Shown here: positions 10,146 through 20,269 of the stretch, piece after piece
How positions within the stretch are numbered: position 1 is the first letter of the stretch
Layout of the letters: every line of letters starts with the position of its first letter
NCBI GenBank assembly: GCA_963821525.1
Contig: CAWGED010000019.1
Span: 928,001 to 992,000 of the forward strand
Length of the DNA stretch: 64,000 nucleotides
DNA from: an uncultured Gemmatimonadales bacterium
GTDB lineage: Bacteria; Gemmatimonadota; Gemmatimonadetes; Gemmatimonadales; GWC2-71-9
Reading direction: 5' to 3'
The notes under the pieces: model-generated
What the model was told of the DNA's origin: nothing
What the model saw: the letters and a program-made list of their open reading frames with translations, nothing else
The model's database searches: none
Translations under genes and position numbers: made by a program

Positions 10146-10427
10146 ATGGCGAAGAGTAAGTCCGCACGGCGGACCCCGGCCGCTCCCCGACCTTTCGAGC
10201 AAGCCCGGGATGAGTTGTTCAGTCATATCCTGCGTTGTGGAGTCCTGGAAGCTCTGCCGGAACATCAGAAGGAATGGTTCGACGATACCATGCAATACCT
10301 CGGTGAGCGCTACAACGATCTCACCGCGGAGGAGCTGGCCCAGGTTCGCACGCTCGGAGAGCGTTACGTCCAGCCGGTGATGGGACGCGGCACGCCCAAC
10401 GTTGAAGAGGAAGCCGCAGTCGAGTAG
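10146..10427 (+). CDS. Hypothetical protein
   Basis: AGGAGAG upstream, protein-like composition, followed by a terminator. Confidence 0.75.
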   Translation: MAKSKSARRTPAAPRPFEQARDELFSHILRCGVLEALPEHQKEWFDDTMQYLGERYNDLTAEELAQVRTLGERYVQPVMGRGTPNVEEEAAVE

Positions 10428-10451
10428 GAAACCACGAGCTATCAGTTTCGT

Positions 10452-10484
10452 GAGCCGCCCGCCCAGGGCGGCTCGATTGTTTTT
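10452..10484 (+). terminator. Rho-independent terminator
   Basis: GAGCCGCCC-GCCCA-GGGCGGCTC followed by a T-rich tail. Confidence 0.7.
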
Positions 10485-10945
10485 CAGGGCAAGCGTCGCC
10501 AGCGGTATCCCGCGGCGATCCGGAAACCACCTCCAATCCCCGCCTCGAGGGCCCAACCGCTGCGCGCGCCGGGGCTCGATTCCACGCCGAGGCCGAGGAC
10601 CATGTAGCCCTGCGTGTCGCCGGTGGACTCAACGTCGGCGACTGCGGCGCCACCGAGCGCGTAGAATCCGACGCCATGAGTCGCTCGCGGGCTCAGCAGA
10701 AAGTGCCCGAGCAGCTCGCCGCGAAAGGCCACGTCTCCATCTGCCGTGCCTGCCGCGAGTGTAAGCGCCAGTCGTGCGCGTTCACCGGACCGAACCGCCG
10801 CGTAGCCCCCACCCGCGACCAGATCGGGCGTGGCGAAGGTCGCCACCGCGTGCAGTCCGTATTCCACCGGATGCTGAGCCGCGAGCGGACGCCCCGGCAG
10901 CGCGGCCCACAGCCCGGCCACGACGACCGTCGCGGTCCGGTTCAC
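10484..10945 (-). CDS. Secreted protein, possible small outer-membrane beta-barrel
   Basis: Signal peptide (..PLAAQ), alternating Gly/aromatic strands and C-terminal AGYRW. Confidence 0.65.
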   Translation of the reverse strand: MNRTATVVVAGLWAALPGRPLAAQHPVEYGLHAVATFATPDLVAGGGYAAVRSGERARLALTLAAGTADGDVAFRGELLGHFLLSPRATHGVGFYALGGAAVADVESTGDTQGYMVLGLGVESSPGARSGWALEAGIGGGFRIAAGYRWRRLP

Positions 10946-10948
10946 CGC

Positions 10949-11356
10949 TTACCCGAGGACGAGATCGTAGGTGATCGGGATATCGGGGGCGAGACTGTGC
11001 ACCACGGAGCAGTACTTCTCGATCGAAAGGTCGATGGCGCGCCTCGCTTTCGTCTCATCCAGGCGCTCACCGCTCAGGTGATAGGTCAGGTGCAGGTTGA
11101 GGTAGCGCCGAGGCTCCTCATCACGACGAGTGCCGGAAACGTCGATCTGAAGCCGGATCAAGCTGACTCGCATCTTCTCCAAAATTGTGACGATGTCGGC
11201 GCCGGTGCAGGAGCCCGCCGCCAGCAGCAACAGGGCCATGGGGCTCGGGGCGGTGCGGCTGTCCGCGTCCATGTGGATCGGAGGCGCGGTTCCGCTGCTT
11301 CCGTCGAACTCCATTCCCCGCTGCCAAGTCAGGCTCGCTTTGGTCTCTGTGGGCAT
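10949..11356 (-). CDS. OsmC/YhfA family protein
   Basis: SPMALLL.AAGSC and EKYCSV conserved cysteines; ATG at 11356. Confidence 0.9.
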   Translation of the reverse strand: MPTETKASLTWQRGMEFDGSSGTAPPIHMDADSRTAPSPMALLLLAAGSCTGADIVTILEKMRVSLIRLQIDVSGTRRDEEPRRYLNLHLTYHLSGERLDETKARRAIDLSIEKYCSVVHSLAPDIPITYDLVLG

Positions 11357-11384
11357 GGTGAGCAGTAGTTGAGATTGAGAAGGT

Positions 11385-11942
11385 TCACCCGCCGACGGGA
11401 CGACGGGCACGGGTGGCGGCATGCTGATAATCCCAGATGGCATACAGCGCGATCGCTGCCGTCGCCCAGGCCAGCGGCCGCACTAGCGGAGAGTCGGTAA
11501 TGGCGGCGGCCAGTGTCAGCATCTGCGCCAGAGTCACGGCCTTCCCGCCCAAGCGTGCCGGAATCGAGGCGGGGCGCCCGCTGACCAGCGTGACTACAAA
11601 GGCAACGGTTGCTACCACATCCCGCGCCAGCACGCCCAGGATCTCATACCAGGTGAGACGTCCGGAGAAGAGCACCACCGCAAAAGCGGCGGCCATGAAC
11701 AGCTTGTCCGCTACCGGATCAAGGAAGGCCCCCAGTTTGGATGGACCGACTCGGCGCGCCAGCGCACCGTCGAGCAGGTCGGTCAGGCCTGCGATCACCA
11801 GGATCACCAGCCGATGGTCATCGTCCTGCGCCAGGACAAACCATGCGGCGAGCGGGAGACGAAGCGCCGTGAGCGCATCAGCCGCACCGAAACGCGGTGC
11901 GGCGACTTGCTCGGCTTCTGAGCGAGGACTACTTTCGGACAT
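11385..11942 (-). CDS. CDP-alcohol phosphatidyltransferase
   Basis: Family motif TDLLDGALARR...GAFLDPVADK; ATG at 11942. Confidence 0.92.
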   Translation of the reverse strand: MSESSPRSEAEQVAAPRFGAADALTALRLPLAAWFVLAQDDDHRLVILVIAGLTDLLDGALARRVGPSKLGAFLDPVADKLFMAAAFAVVLFSGRLTWYEILGVLARDVVATVAFVVTLVSGRPASIPARLGGKAVTLAQMLTLAAAITDSPLVRPLAWATAAIALYAIWDYQHAATRARRPVGG

Positions 11943-11970
11943 TCCGGTCCACTCTCCAGGGCGAGGCGCG

Positions 11971-12429
11971 ATGGATCTCCAGCTCCTCAAGAAAACTGCC
12001 ATCTTCGCGGACCTCGACGATGGGGAACTTGCCCGCGTGGCGGAAATTTGCAAAGAGCAGACGTTCAAATCGGGGCAGCACATTTTCAAGGAAGGCGAGC
12101 GGGGAAATCGCTTCTATCTGATCGTTTCGGGAGACGTCCGCATCAGCCGCGACATTCCGGGGAGCGGTGAAGAAGCACTCGCGGTCCTACAGCCGGGCGC
12201 CTGTTTCGGGGAGATGGCGGTGTTCGATCGCTCCGAGCGTTCGACCGACGCGGTCGCGAATGGCCCCGTCACCCTCATGACAATCACGCGACCCGATTTC
12301 GAGATTCTGCTCGATTTCAACCGCGACATGGCCTACAAGATTCTCCGGTCGATGGTTCGGCTGCTCTCCTCCAGATTGCGGGTGACCAACGATAACCTCC
12401 GCTCACTCCTCGCCATTTCGATGTTCTGA
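11971..12429 (+). CDS. Cyclic nucleotide-binding domain protein (no obvious HTH)
   Basis: IFKEGE, FYLIVSG and FGEMA....ERS phosphate-binding cassette; ATG at 11971. Confidence 0.9.
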   Translation: MDLQLLKKTAIFADLDDGELARVAEICKEQTFKSGQHIFKEGERGNRFYLIVSGDVRISRDIPGSGEEALAVLQPGACFGEMAVFDRSERSTDAVANGPVTLMTITRPDFEILLDFNRDMAYKILRSMVRLLSSRLRVTNDNLRSLLAISMF

Positions 12430-12456
12430 GGCGTTCGGCCGTCAGGATACTGCCTG

Positions 12457-12771
12457 ATGTCGAGCTTCTCGCATTCCTGCACCCAACTCACCGGGATCAT
12501 GGGCGCCCGCCTGGGTGACGCGGCTGGATTGGCCGCTCTCGCCGCCGGCGCCGCCAGCGCCGCCGGACTTACCCCGTATGGTCCTCCGGTCCTCCACTCC
12601 GGACCCAAGGGCACCGTGGTCGCTGTCCTGTGTCACGGCGGCCATCTGATTCTGCATATCGAGCCCGATGCGGGACGCTGCCTCGTGGACATCGTTGCGG
12701 CGACACCGAACGCAGCCTCCAGAGGCACCGATGCCCTGGCAAAGCGGCTCAACGCTGAAGGACACCACTGA
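12457..12771 (+). CDS. S-adenosylmethionine decarboxylase-fold protein lacking the catalytic residues
   Basis: PKGTVVAVLCHGGHLILHIEPDAGRCLVDIVAA aligns by eye with the SpeD pattern PxGxSGxxxxxESHxxxHTxPExGxxxxDxFTC; ES is replaced by GG and Cys by Ala. Confidence 0.65.
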   Translation: MSSFSHSCTQLTGIMGARLGDAAGLAALAAGAASAAGLTPYGPPVLHSGPKGTVVAVLCHGGHLILHIEPDAGRCLVDIVAATPNAASRGTDALAKRLNAEGHH

Positions 12772-13217
12772 TGCTCAAGGAAAGCCCCGATCATCACGAT
12801 GCCGATCTGATTCTGAAGATCTACGATCTGCGGATGGAAGCCGTGCTGCGGGAGTCGCGCGCGAAACTCCGGGCCGAATTCTGGCCGGGCAACGCCGAGG
12901 AGGCGATTGCGATCACTCGCGGCGACCACCCGCTCAATACTGAGTACCGCCAGGTATCAACCTACTGGGAGATGGTCTACGGGATGGCCCACCACGGCGT
13001 GATCCATCCCGACTTCCTGATCGACAACAACGCCGAAGGTCTCACGAACTTCGCGCGGATAGAGCCTTATCTCGCCGAGATCCGCACCGCTACTTCGCCG
13101 CGGTCCTTCCAGCACACCGAGTGGGCAGCCGTACACACCGAAATGGGGCAACGCCTGATGAGCATTTTCCGGCCCCGCGTGGCTCACGAGCTGGCCGCTC
13201 GAAAAGCGCGACGCTAG
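12771..13217 (+). CDS. Conserved hypothetical protein (DUF4760-like)
   Basis: DADLILKIYDLR and YWEM motifs; coupled to the upstream gene by a TGATG overlap. The family name is from recall. Confidence 0.7.
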   Translation: MLKESPDHHDADLILKIYDLRMEAVLRESRAKLRAEFWPGNAEEAIAITRGDHPLNTEYRQVSTYWEMVYGMAHHGVIHPDFLIDNNAEGLTNFARIEPYLAEIRTATSPRSFQHTEWAAVHTEMGQRLMSIFRPRVAHELAARKARR

Positions 13218-15841
13218 CGACCTCCGCCCACACCTCGCACAATGCCTTCCGCGCGTACCCCGCTGGGGAATTGCCCCGCCACGGCGAGAACTTGCTCGGC
13301 GGTCACGGACCGATAGCGGTCCGCTGTTCCTTCCAGGTCGGACAAGCCATTGCCAGTGAGCCAGGCCTCGACGATCTCTGAAGCCAAAGCCGAAGCCGAC
13401 TGCCGTTCTACGTCAACCTGGCCCGCCAGATAGTTTCTGGCCCGGTTGAGCTCATCTGCGGTCACCCGGTCCGCAGCGAAGCGCGACAGTTCTTCCAACA
13501 TGGCCGACCGAGCCTCCTCCTCTCGCTCCGGCGCGGTTGCGATGTAGGTGACCAAGGCACCGGCCCGTCCCTTCTGCCAGGAAGACGCCACAACGGTGTA
13601 GGCCAGCGATCGCTTGTCGCGCAACGTCTCGAACAACCTGCCACCGAGCCCGCTCGCAATCGCCGCCCAGATCTCAGCGGCCAATCTCTGAGAACTCTTG
13701 CGGGAGGGTCCTGGGAACGCCATCGCCATTGCCGTCTGGGCCTTGCTCCGGTTAACCACTCGCTCGACCGGCTCACCATCGAGGACCCACTGGAGATCCT
13801 CCGGCGCTCGAGCAGCAGCCCTGGCTGCGTCCTCACCGAACACGCCGGCGAGAGAATCCCGCGCCTGCTCCGGAGTCAGGTCGCCGACAGCGACGACCAC
13901 ACCGCGGGCCGGATCGAGGCGGGTCCGGTGCCAGTTGCGGACATCCTCCGGAGTGAGAGTCTCGACGCTGTCCGGCAATCCGATGGCGGGAACTCCATAA
14001 CCGCGATCGCCATACGCGGCGCCAAAGGCGAGCTGGAAGGGATAGCGGAACATGTCGTCTGTTACCTGAGCCGCTTCCTCGGCGAGCAGTCTCTGCTCCG
14101 CTCGCACTTGCTCTTCGACGAATCGCGGCTCGCGGAAGACAGATCTCAGGAGTCCTGCCGCTTCCCCCAGATTCGGCGCCAGCACCGTCGTAACAAAACC
14201 GCACCAATCGTAGGTGACGCTCGACCCGAGCGTGCCTCCTAGCCGCTCGAAGGCGAAGGCCAGGGCGGCAGCGTCGAGCTCCCCTGCTCCACGAATTGCA
14301 CTGCGGATAGTCAGGGCGCCGAGTCCTGCCTGGCTCGCATCCTCGAAGTGCAGGCGCGGGACGTAGAGTCCGAGTGAGACGGTCGGCACTCCCGGTTTGC
14401 GTTTGATCAGCAGGTCCCATCCGGGGAGGGCCGCATGCAGCACGCCAGCTTCCTCGCGGCTCGAGCTCTTTCGTGCAGCTCGGGGTGGGGCAAGTGCGGG
14501 TGAGAGCTCGCGCGCGCTGCTGGCTCCGCGTCGGGAGAACGCGGTGGTGAGGATGCCAGGCGTCAGATCATCCCCCCGGTCACGAGGGTGGCAAACCACC
14601 GCGGCCAGCCGATCCGGCAGCAAGACTCTCGCGGCCGCCTCTCGGACCCGGTCACCACCGATCGTGGCGAGCTCCTCAAACTCCCGATCCAACAGCGAGA
14701 TGTCCTCGAGCGCTTCGGCTCCCGCGAGTGCGGCTGCTCGACCCACCATCGACTCCATTCGGCGAGCCCACCGGGTCAGGAGAAGCGCGCGGGCCCGCTC
14801 CAGATCCGCGGGGGGCGCACCGTGGGTGCTCAGCCGATTGACCGCAGCGGCCGTCGCGTCGAGTACGGCCTCCATTCGGCCCGGATCGAACTCCGCGCCC
14901 ACGCTGAAGACGCCGATCTCGGTCGGGGAGTAGTGGTGCGCGCCCACCGAGGTCGCGATCCCGGCCTCGCGCAGGCTCTGGTACAACCAACTTCCTCTTC
15001 CCGCACCGAGAATCGCGGCGGCCAGATCGAGGGCCACCGCGTCGCGATCCAGCGCGGGAACACCCTGCCATCCGATCGCCAGCTCACTCAGGGTCACATC
15101 GGCACGCAGAGTCCGTCCCCGAATATCGCGGCGCTCCGGCTCGGATGGGGAGAGGTCCACGGCGCCAGGAGCCGGTGCCCAGTCTCCATAAGCGGCGCGA
15201 GCCAGATCCAGAGCGGCTTCAGGATCCACGTCACCGACAATCCCGACAATGGTTCGTGACGGCACGTAGCGGGACTTGTAGTACCCCAGCACGTCCTCCT
15301 GGGTGAACTTCGCGAGATCTTCCTCTCGCCCAATACGCCAGCGCCGCATTCGGTGCCGGTCGTACATCGTTTCATGCAGGGTTTCCGCGGTGAGCGCGGC
15401 GGGAGTGTCGAGCTTTCTACGGGCCTCCTGAATGACTACGCCAAGCTCCCGGCGCAACTCGTCGGGATCGATGAGTGAGTGCTGCAGCGCATCGGATTGA
15501 ATGTCGATCGCGGCCGGGAGGCTCGAGGCCGGCAAGGCGACGACATAAGAGGTGTGATCGTAGGTGGTCGAGGCGTTCAGGTACCCGCCGGCGGCCTTGG
15601 TCTCTTTAGCGATTTCGCCAACTCTCCGGCGGGGCGTCCCCTTGAAGAACATGTGCTCCAGCACATGGGAAATGCCGACCCACCGATCCGGCTCGTCGAA
15701 GAATCCGGCCTTGACGTGAGTGACGACCGCGGCGACCCGCGCGGAACGTTCGGGCAGGACGAGCAGGGTCAGCCCGTTGGGGAGTACCTCGCGGCGTACT
15801 CCCTGCGTCCATCCGGTAAGAGAGTGATGTGAGATGGCCAT
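13214..15841 (-). CDS. M16 (pitrilysin/insulinase) zinc peptidase, fused two-module form
   Basis: Inverted zinc motif HVLEHMFFKGT in the N-half; inactive C-half with RLFETLRDKRSLAY. Confidence 0.95.
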   Translation of the reverse strand: MAISHHSLTGWTQGVRREVLPNGLTLLVLPERSARVAAVVTHVKAGFFDEPDRWVGISHVLEHMFFKGTPRRRVGEIAKETKAAGGYLNASTTYDHTSYVVALPASSLPAAIDIQSDALQHSLIDPDELRRELGVVIQEARRKLDTPAALTAETLHETMYDRHRMRRWRIGREEDLAKFTQEDVLGYYKSRYVPSRTIVGIVGDVDPEAALDLARAAYGDWAPAPGAVDLSPSEPERRDIRGRTLRADVTLSELAIGWQGVPALDRDAVALDLAAAILGAGRGSWLYQSLREAGIATSVGAHHYSPTEIGVFSVGAEFDPGRMEAVLDATAAAVNRLSTHGAPPADLERARALLLTRWARRMESMVGRAAALAGAEALEDISLLDREFEELATIGGDRVREAAARVLLPDRLAAVVCHPRDRGDDLTPGILTTAFSRRGASSARELSPALAPPRAARKSSSREEAGVLHAALPGWDLLIKRKPGVPTVSLGLYVPRLHFEDASQAGLGALTIRSAIRGAGELDAAALAFAFERLGGTLGSSVTYDWCGFVTTVLAPNLGEAAGLLRSVFREPRFVEEQVRAEQRLLAEEAAQVTDDMFRYPFQLAFGAAYGDRGYGVPAIGLPDSVETLTPEDVRNWHRTRLDPARGVVVAVGDLTPEQARDSLAGVFGEDAARAAARAPEDLQWVLDGEPVERVVNRSKAQTAMAMAFPGPSRKSSQRLAAEIWAAIASGLGGRLFETLRDKRSLAYTVVASSWQKGRAGALVTYIATAPEREEEARSAMLEELSRFAADRVTADELNRARNYLAGQVDVERQSASALASEIVEAWLTGNGLSDLEGTADRYRSVTAEQVLAVAGQFPSGVRAEGIVRGVGGGR

Positions 15842-15844
15842 CCT

Positions 15845-15881
15845 GAAAATGGTAGCGCCGCACGAGGGTGCGGCGCTACCA
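15845..15881 (-). terminator. Rho-independent terminator after the TPR gene
   Basis: Perfect 14-bp stem TGGTAGCGCCGCAC/GTGCGGCGCTACCA followed by TTTT on the minus strand. Confidence 0.75.
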
Positions 15882-15916
15882 CAGCCGGAGAAGCCGGCCG
15901 CTGAGAGAGGCTGCGC

Positions 15917-17032
15917 TTAGACCAGCCGAAGAACCCCCGCCTCCACGCTACCGAGGATGAACGCTTCGGGATCGGTGGTCGGGATGATGACCCCGGTCTC
16001 CGCCACTCCTCGCCGGGCTAGATCAACCATGAACTCCATCATCGTGGCGTGGGCCCATTCCCGGTCCGCCGCCTTCATCTGTTGCAGAATCTCCTCCCAC
16101 GAGCCGCGAAAGGTCCGGCCGGTGAGAGTCGTTACCGCGTGAGGCCCGCCACCGGTGGGCCGTTTCTGCATCGCGTGCAATTCGGTGAGCAGAGTCCCGA
16201 AGAGCTCGAGCTGGGTGGGGTCACGCAGAGTGCCGTCGGGCTGGGTCGCCTCGACTTCGGCCAGCAACAGGTCCAGGGTGTCCGGTTCGCCCGCAACCTC
16301 ACCAAGCCGGGTAAACCAGGGACGCAGCTCGGGATCATCATCCGGCAGGTGGTAGACCACCTTCTTGAGCTCGATCAATCGCCAGATGCCCAGCTCGTCG
16401 TAGTGATCCTCGGGGACGGTTTGATGCAGGTGATGAAGAGCCGCGTCGGTTTCACCACGATCATAGAGCATGTTCGCGAGATAGATCCGCGCCTCGCTGT
16501 AATGCGGATCGATCTGCAGCGCCCGGCGCAGCCAGTAGAGAGCGCCGCTCTCGTCGTTCAACCGGTGCGCTGCGTACCCAACGCAGGCCGAAGCCTCGGC
16601 GCAGTCGGGTTGAGCATTCACGGCGAACTCGAAGAACCGCTGCGCTGCGGCGAGAATTCCCTCTCGGAACAGTGCACGGCCGATCTGCAGCATCAGCTCG
16701 TGATCATCCCGAAAGCCCAGCACCAGGATCTGTTCGAACGCCGTCAGTGCTCCGTGACGATCCCCCAGCTTGAGCAGCACCTCTCCGTATCCCGCCAGCG
16801 CGTCTTCATGGTCCGAATCGAGCGCCAGAGCGGTCTCAAAACTGCGCCGCGCCCACGCGATCTCTTCACGGGCGAGAAACGCGTAAGCCATCCCGACGTG
16901 GAGTTCCACGGAGTTGGGATAGAGTGCGGTGCCTTCTCGGAGAAGGTCGACAGCGTCGTCGTAGCGGCCGTCGTTGTACAACTGGTGGGCGTGTTCGTCG
17001 TAGTCGTCGGAGCTGAAAAACCGATCGTCCAT
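15917..17032 (-). CDS. Tetratricopeptide repeat protein
   Basis: Repeated A...F..AL.LDP-type helical units; ATG at 17032. Confidence 0.85.
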   Translation of the reverse strand: MDDRFFSSDDYDEHAHQLYNDGRYDDAVDLLREGTALYPNSVELHVGMAYAFLAREEIAWARRSFETALALDSDHEDALAGYGEVLLKLGDRHGALTAFEQILVLGFRDDHELMLQIGRALFREGILAAAQRFFEFAVNAQPDCAEASACVGYAAHRLNDESGALYWLRRALQIDPHYSEARIYLANMLYDRGETDAALHHLHQTVPEDHYDELGIWRLIELKKVVYHLPDDDPELRPWFTRLGEVAGEPDTLDLLLAEVEATQPDGTLRDPTQLELFGTLLTELHAMQKRPTGGGPHAVTTLTGRTFRGSWEEILQQMKAADREWAHATMMEFMVDLARRGVAETGVIIPTTDPEAFILGSVEAGVLRLV

Positions 17033-17122
17033 CGGGGGGTGCCTCCGGTGACGAATGAACGTAAAGGTAGGAAGGTCGCCCATCAGGAACAAGGGAGGCC
17101 GCAGGTCCCAAGTCCTTTCCAG

Positions 17123-17168
17123 TTGACAATCTACGTGTCGCAAATATGTTACTTACTGGTCAGTTATT
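17123..17168 (+). promoter_or_regulatory. Sigma70 promoter with an overlapping TetR-type operator
   Basis: TTGACA-16-TATGTT followed by the imperfect palindrome TTACTTACTGGTCAGTTA upstream of the TetR gene. Confidence 0.65.
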
Positions 17169-17183
17169 TAGGAGACAGGCCAC

Positions 17184-17852
17184 ATGTCGAGCTCAACTGC
17201 CGAAGATCGCGTGCCCCGTTGGCAACGCCGGCCCGAGTCGCGCCCCGAAGAAATCCTCGAGGCTGCGCTGCACGTGTTCGGAGAGCAGGGATTCGCCCGT
17301 ACTCGCCTCGAAGAGGTGGCGCGACGGGCCGGGGTGAGCAAAGGAACGCTGTATCTCTACTTCAAGTCGAAGGAAGATCTCTTCCGGGAGATGGCGCGGG
17401 CCTGCGTGAGTGCCAGCGTCGCCCAAGAAGAGGAATTTGTCCGCACCTTCGAGGGCTCGACGAGGGATCTGCTCGAACAGTTCATCCGGCGTTACTGGGC
17501 CAAGATGAATGAGCCCGCCAATCTCCGGCTGGTCCGTGTCGTACAGCTCGAGCTGACCAACTTCCCCGAGCTGGCCCGCTTCTTCTTCCAGGAAGTCATC
17601 CTGCGGATGCGGAGCCTGATCCAGTCCATCATCGAGTTGGGGATCGAGCGGGGCGAGTTCCGGCCGGTTAATCCGGGGTTCGCCGCCCGGGCACTGCAAA
17701 CACTCTGCGCCCAATTGGCGCAGTCACAGCACCACTTCCGCGCCTACGATATCCATCCCATGTCGCACGATGAGCTCCAGTCGGGGATCATCGACTTGTT
17801 CCTGAACGGGGTCCTGCAGCAGCCCGCTTCAGAGTTGAAGGAAAGTGTATGA
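17184..17852 (+). CDS. TetR/AcrR family regulator
   Basis: HTH motif VARRAGVSKGTLYLYFKSKEDL. Confidence 0.95.
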   Translation: MSSSTAEDRVPRWQRRPESRPEEILEAALHVFGEQGFARTRLEEVARRAGVSKGTLYLYFKSKEDLFREMARACVSASVAQEEEFVRTFEGSTRDLLEQFIRRYWAKMNEPANLRLVRVVQLELTNFPELARFFFQEVILRMRSLIQSIIELGIERGEFRPVNPGFAARALQTLCAQLAQSQHHFRAYDIHPMSHDELQSGIIDLFLNGVLQQPASELKESV

Positions 17853-19150
17853 CCCGGACCTCATTAGTGATTCTCGCTGCTCTGGCCCTCACTCAGAGCG
17901 CCGCGGCGCAGGTCAGCCCCGGGCCGCTCACTCTGGCTCAAGCCATTGCCCTCGGGCGGGAGCGCGGCATCAACGCGGCCCTGGCCCGTTACAACGTCCA
18001 GGTGGCGGATGCCCGCGCCGGTCAGCGGCGGGCGGATCTCCTGCCCACTGTCACGCTGAACGGTTCTATCGCGCGAAAGACGATCAACTTCGAAGAGTTC
18101 GGATTCCCCGGGATCATCGGGGTCGGCCCCGACTTCAATGTGGTCAATTTCAACATCCAGGGCTCCCAGACGATTTTCAACCTGAGTTCGATTTCGCGGC
18201 TCCGCGCGGCCAAGGATTCGGCATTGGCCAGCGGCTACGACGCGCGAGCGGTTGGTGACCTCTCTGCAGCCGAGGCGGGCCTCGCATACTTGCAGGTATT
18301 GAGCGCTGAAGAGGCCGTCACGGCCCGCTTGGCCGACAGCAGTATCGCGGCTGAACTGCTGGACCAGGCGAAGAAACTCACCGCGGCAGGCGTGAGTCCG
18401 ATCATCGACCAGACCCGGAGCGAGGTGAACTTCGCCACGGTCCGGACCCAGCTCGAGGTGGCGCGCAACGAGCGTGACCGGTCTCGGCTGGATCTGGCCC
18501 GGGCGCTCGAGCTGCCTCCGTCGCAGCCGATTGTTTTGTCGGACTCGCTCGGGCCGGCTACGCTGACCGTGCCAAAGGATAGCGAAGAGGCCGTCGCCTT
18601 CGCGCTGGCGCACCGGCCCGACCTGCTGGCCGAGCAGCAGAGAACCAAGTCGATAGAAACCTCGCATCGCGCGATTGGACAGGAATACATCCCCAGTCTC
18701 GTCGCCAGTGGAGCCCTGTTCGAGAGCGGGAAGGAATTCAGCACCCTCGACAACACCTACGTGGTGCAGCTCGGCATCAGCCTCCCCTTGCTCGATGGCT
18801 TCAAACGGCCGGCCCGGCAACAGGAAGCGCAGGCGCGGGTGGACGCGCAGAAGCTGCGGGAAAGTGACCTCCGCCTGGAGGTGGAGACCGAAACCCGCCA
18901 GGCACTTCTGGATCTCACCTCCGCCGAGCAGCAGGTGACCCTGGCCACCGACCGGGTGCGCCTCTCCGAGCAGGAGTTGGCGCAGGCCCAGCAGCGCTTT
19001 GACGCAGGTGTGGCAGGCAGTATCGAGACGACCAACGCCCAGGGCGCGCTCTTCACCGCCCGAAACGCGTTGATCCAGGCTCGCGTTGGATATGCAACCG
19101 CCCGGGTGAGGACCTATCGGGCGCTGGGTGTCGTGGATCAACTCCAGTAA
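17849..19150 (+). CDS. TolC-family outer membrane efflux protein
   Basis: Signal peptide and duplicated OEP repeat; within the efflux operon. Confidence 0.92.
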   Translation: MTRTSLVILAALALTQSAAAQVSPGPLTLAQAIALGRERGINAALARYNVQVADARAGQRRADLLPTVTLNGSIARKTINFEEFGFPGIIGVGPDFNVVNFNIQGSQTIFNLSSISRLRAAKDSALASGYDARAVGDLSAAEAGLAYLQVLSAEEAVTARLADSSIAAELLDQAKKLTAAGVSPIIDQTRSEVNFATVRTQLEVARNERDRSRLDLARALELPPSQPIVLSDSLGPATLTVPKDSEEAVAFALAHRPDLLAEQQRTKSIETSHRAIGQEYIPSLVASGALFESGKEFSTLDNTYVVQLGISLPLLDGFKRPARQQEAQARVDAQKLRESDLRLEVETETRQALLDLTSAEQQVTLATDRVRLSEQELAQAQQRFDAGVAGSIETTNAQGALFTARNALIQARVGYATARVRTYRALGVVDQLQ

Positions 19151-19173
19151 CGGAATCGGATAGGAAGCTTTCT

Positions 19174-20263
19174 ATGGCAACGCATGCAGTAGAATCGACA
19201 CTCGAAACCTCAGTCCCCGTCAGGAAACGGCGGGTGCTGTCCGATCATTGTCGTGACAACCGCCGCGCTCGTCCTGGGAGCATTCGCCTTCACCAAGTGG
19301 CGCTTCTCCCAAGTGCACGAGACGACAGACAATGCCCAGGTTGATGGCCACATCACGATCATCTCGCCCCGGGTTCAGGCCTTCGTCGCTCAGGTCCGGG
19401 TGGACGACAACCAGCGGGTGAAGCAGGGCGACACGCTGGTTGTGCTGGACGATCGGGACCTGCGGGTGAAGGAAGCTCAAGCCAGGGCCGACCTCGCGAG
19501 CGCGCTGGCGGCAGCGGGAAGCCACACCCGTGGCGGGCAAGCCCAGGCCCAGCTGGCCTGGAGCGAGGCTCAGGCTTCGAGCGCGCAGGCCAACGTCGCT
19601 TCCGCCGAGGCCGCCGCCCGGAAAGCCGCAGCGGACCTGGAACGGATGAAAGTGCTGGCCAATGAACGCATCGTGCCGCCGCAACAGTTGGATGAATCCG
19701 AGGCTGCGGCTGATGCCGCCAAGGCCAATCTCTCCGCCGCACAGAAGCAGGCCTCCGCAGCGCAGAGCCAGGTCTCGGCGTATGGCGCAGCGGTGACCGG
19801 GGCGACCGCCCGGCTGGAGAGTGCTCAGGCAGCGCTCGACAACGCGCAGCTCCAGCGGAGCTATACCGTCATCACAGCCCCCATGGCAGGGGTCGTGGCC
19901 AAGAGGAGCGTGGAGCCCGGCGCTCTCGTCAGTATTGGCCAGGGATTGATGCAGTTGATTCCGGAAAACGACATGTGGGTCACAGCGAACCTCAAGGAGA
20001 CGCAGGTCCGCGATGTGAATCCCGGCGACAAGGCCACCTTCACGGTTGACGCCTATCCCGGCCGCACGTTCTACGGTCACGTCGAAAGCCTGAGTCCGGC
20101 GACCGGCGCGCGGTTCTCTCTACTGCCGCCCGACAACGCTACGGGGAACTTCACCAAGGTGGTGCAGCGGGTCCCGGTGCGGATTGCGGTGGATTCCGGT
20201 GCAGATGCCGAGCATCCACTTCGCCCGGGCATGTCGGTCGACGCCACGATCCAGACCAAGTAA
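19174..20263 (+). CDS. emrA: EmrA/HlyD periplasmic adaptor (apparent +1 frameshift near 19240)
   Basis: TDNAQVDG and PPDNATGNFTKVVQRVPVRI motifs. The ATG at 19174 (MATHAVE..RKRRVL) joins PIIVVTT only if one base is removed at CTG-T-CCG. Confidence 0.9.
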
Positions 20264-20269
20264 GGACCG

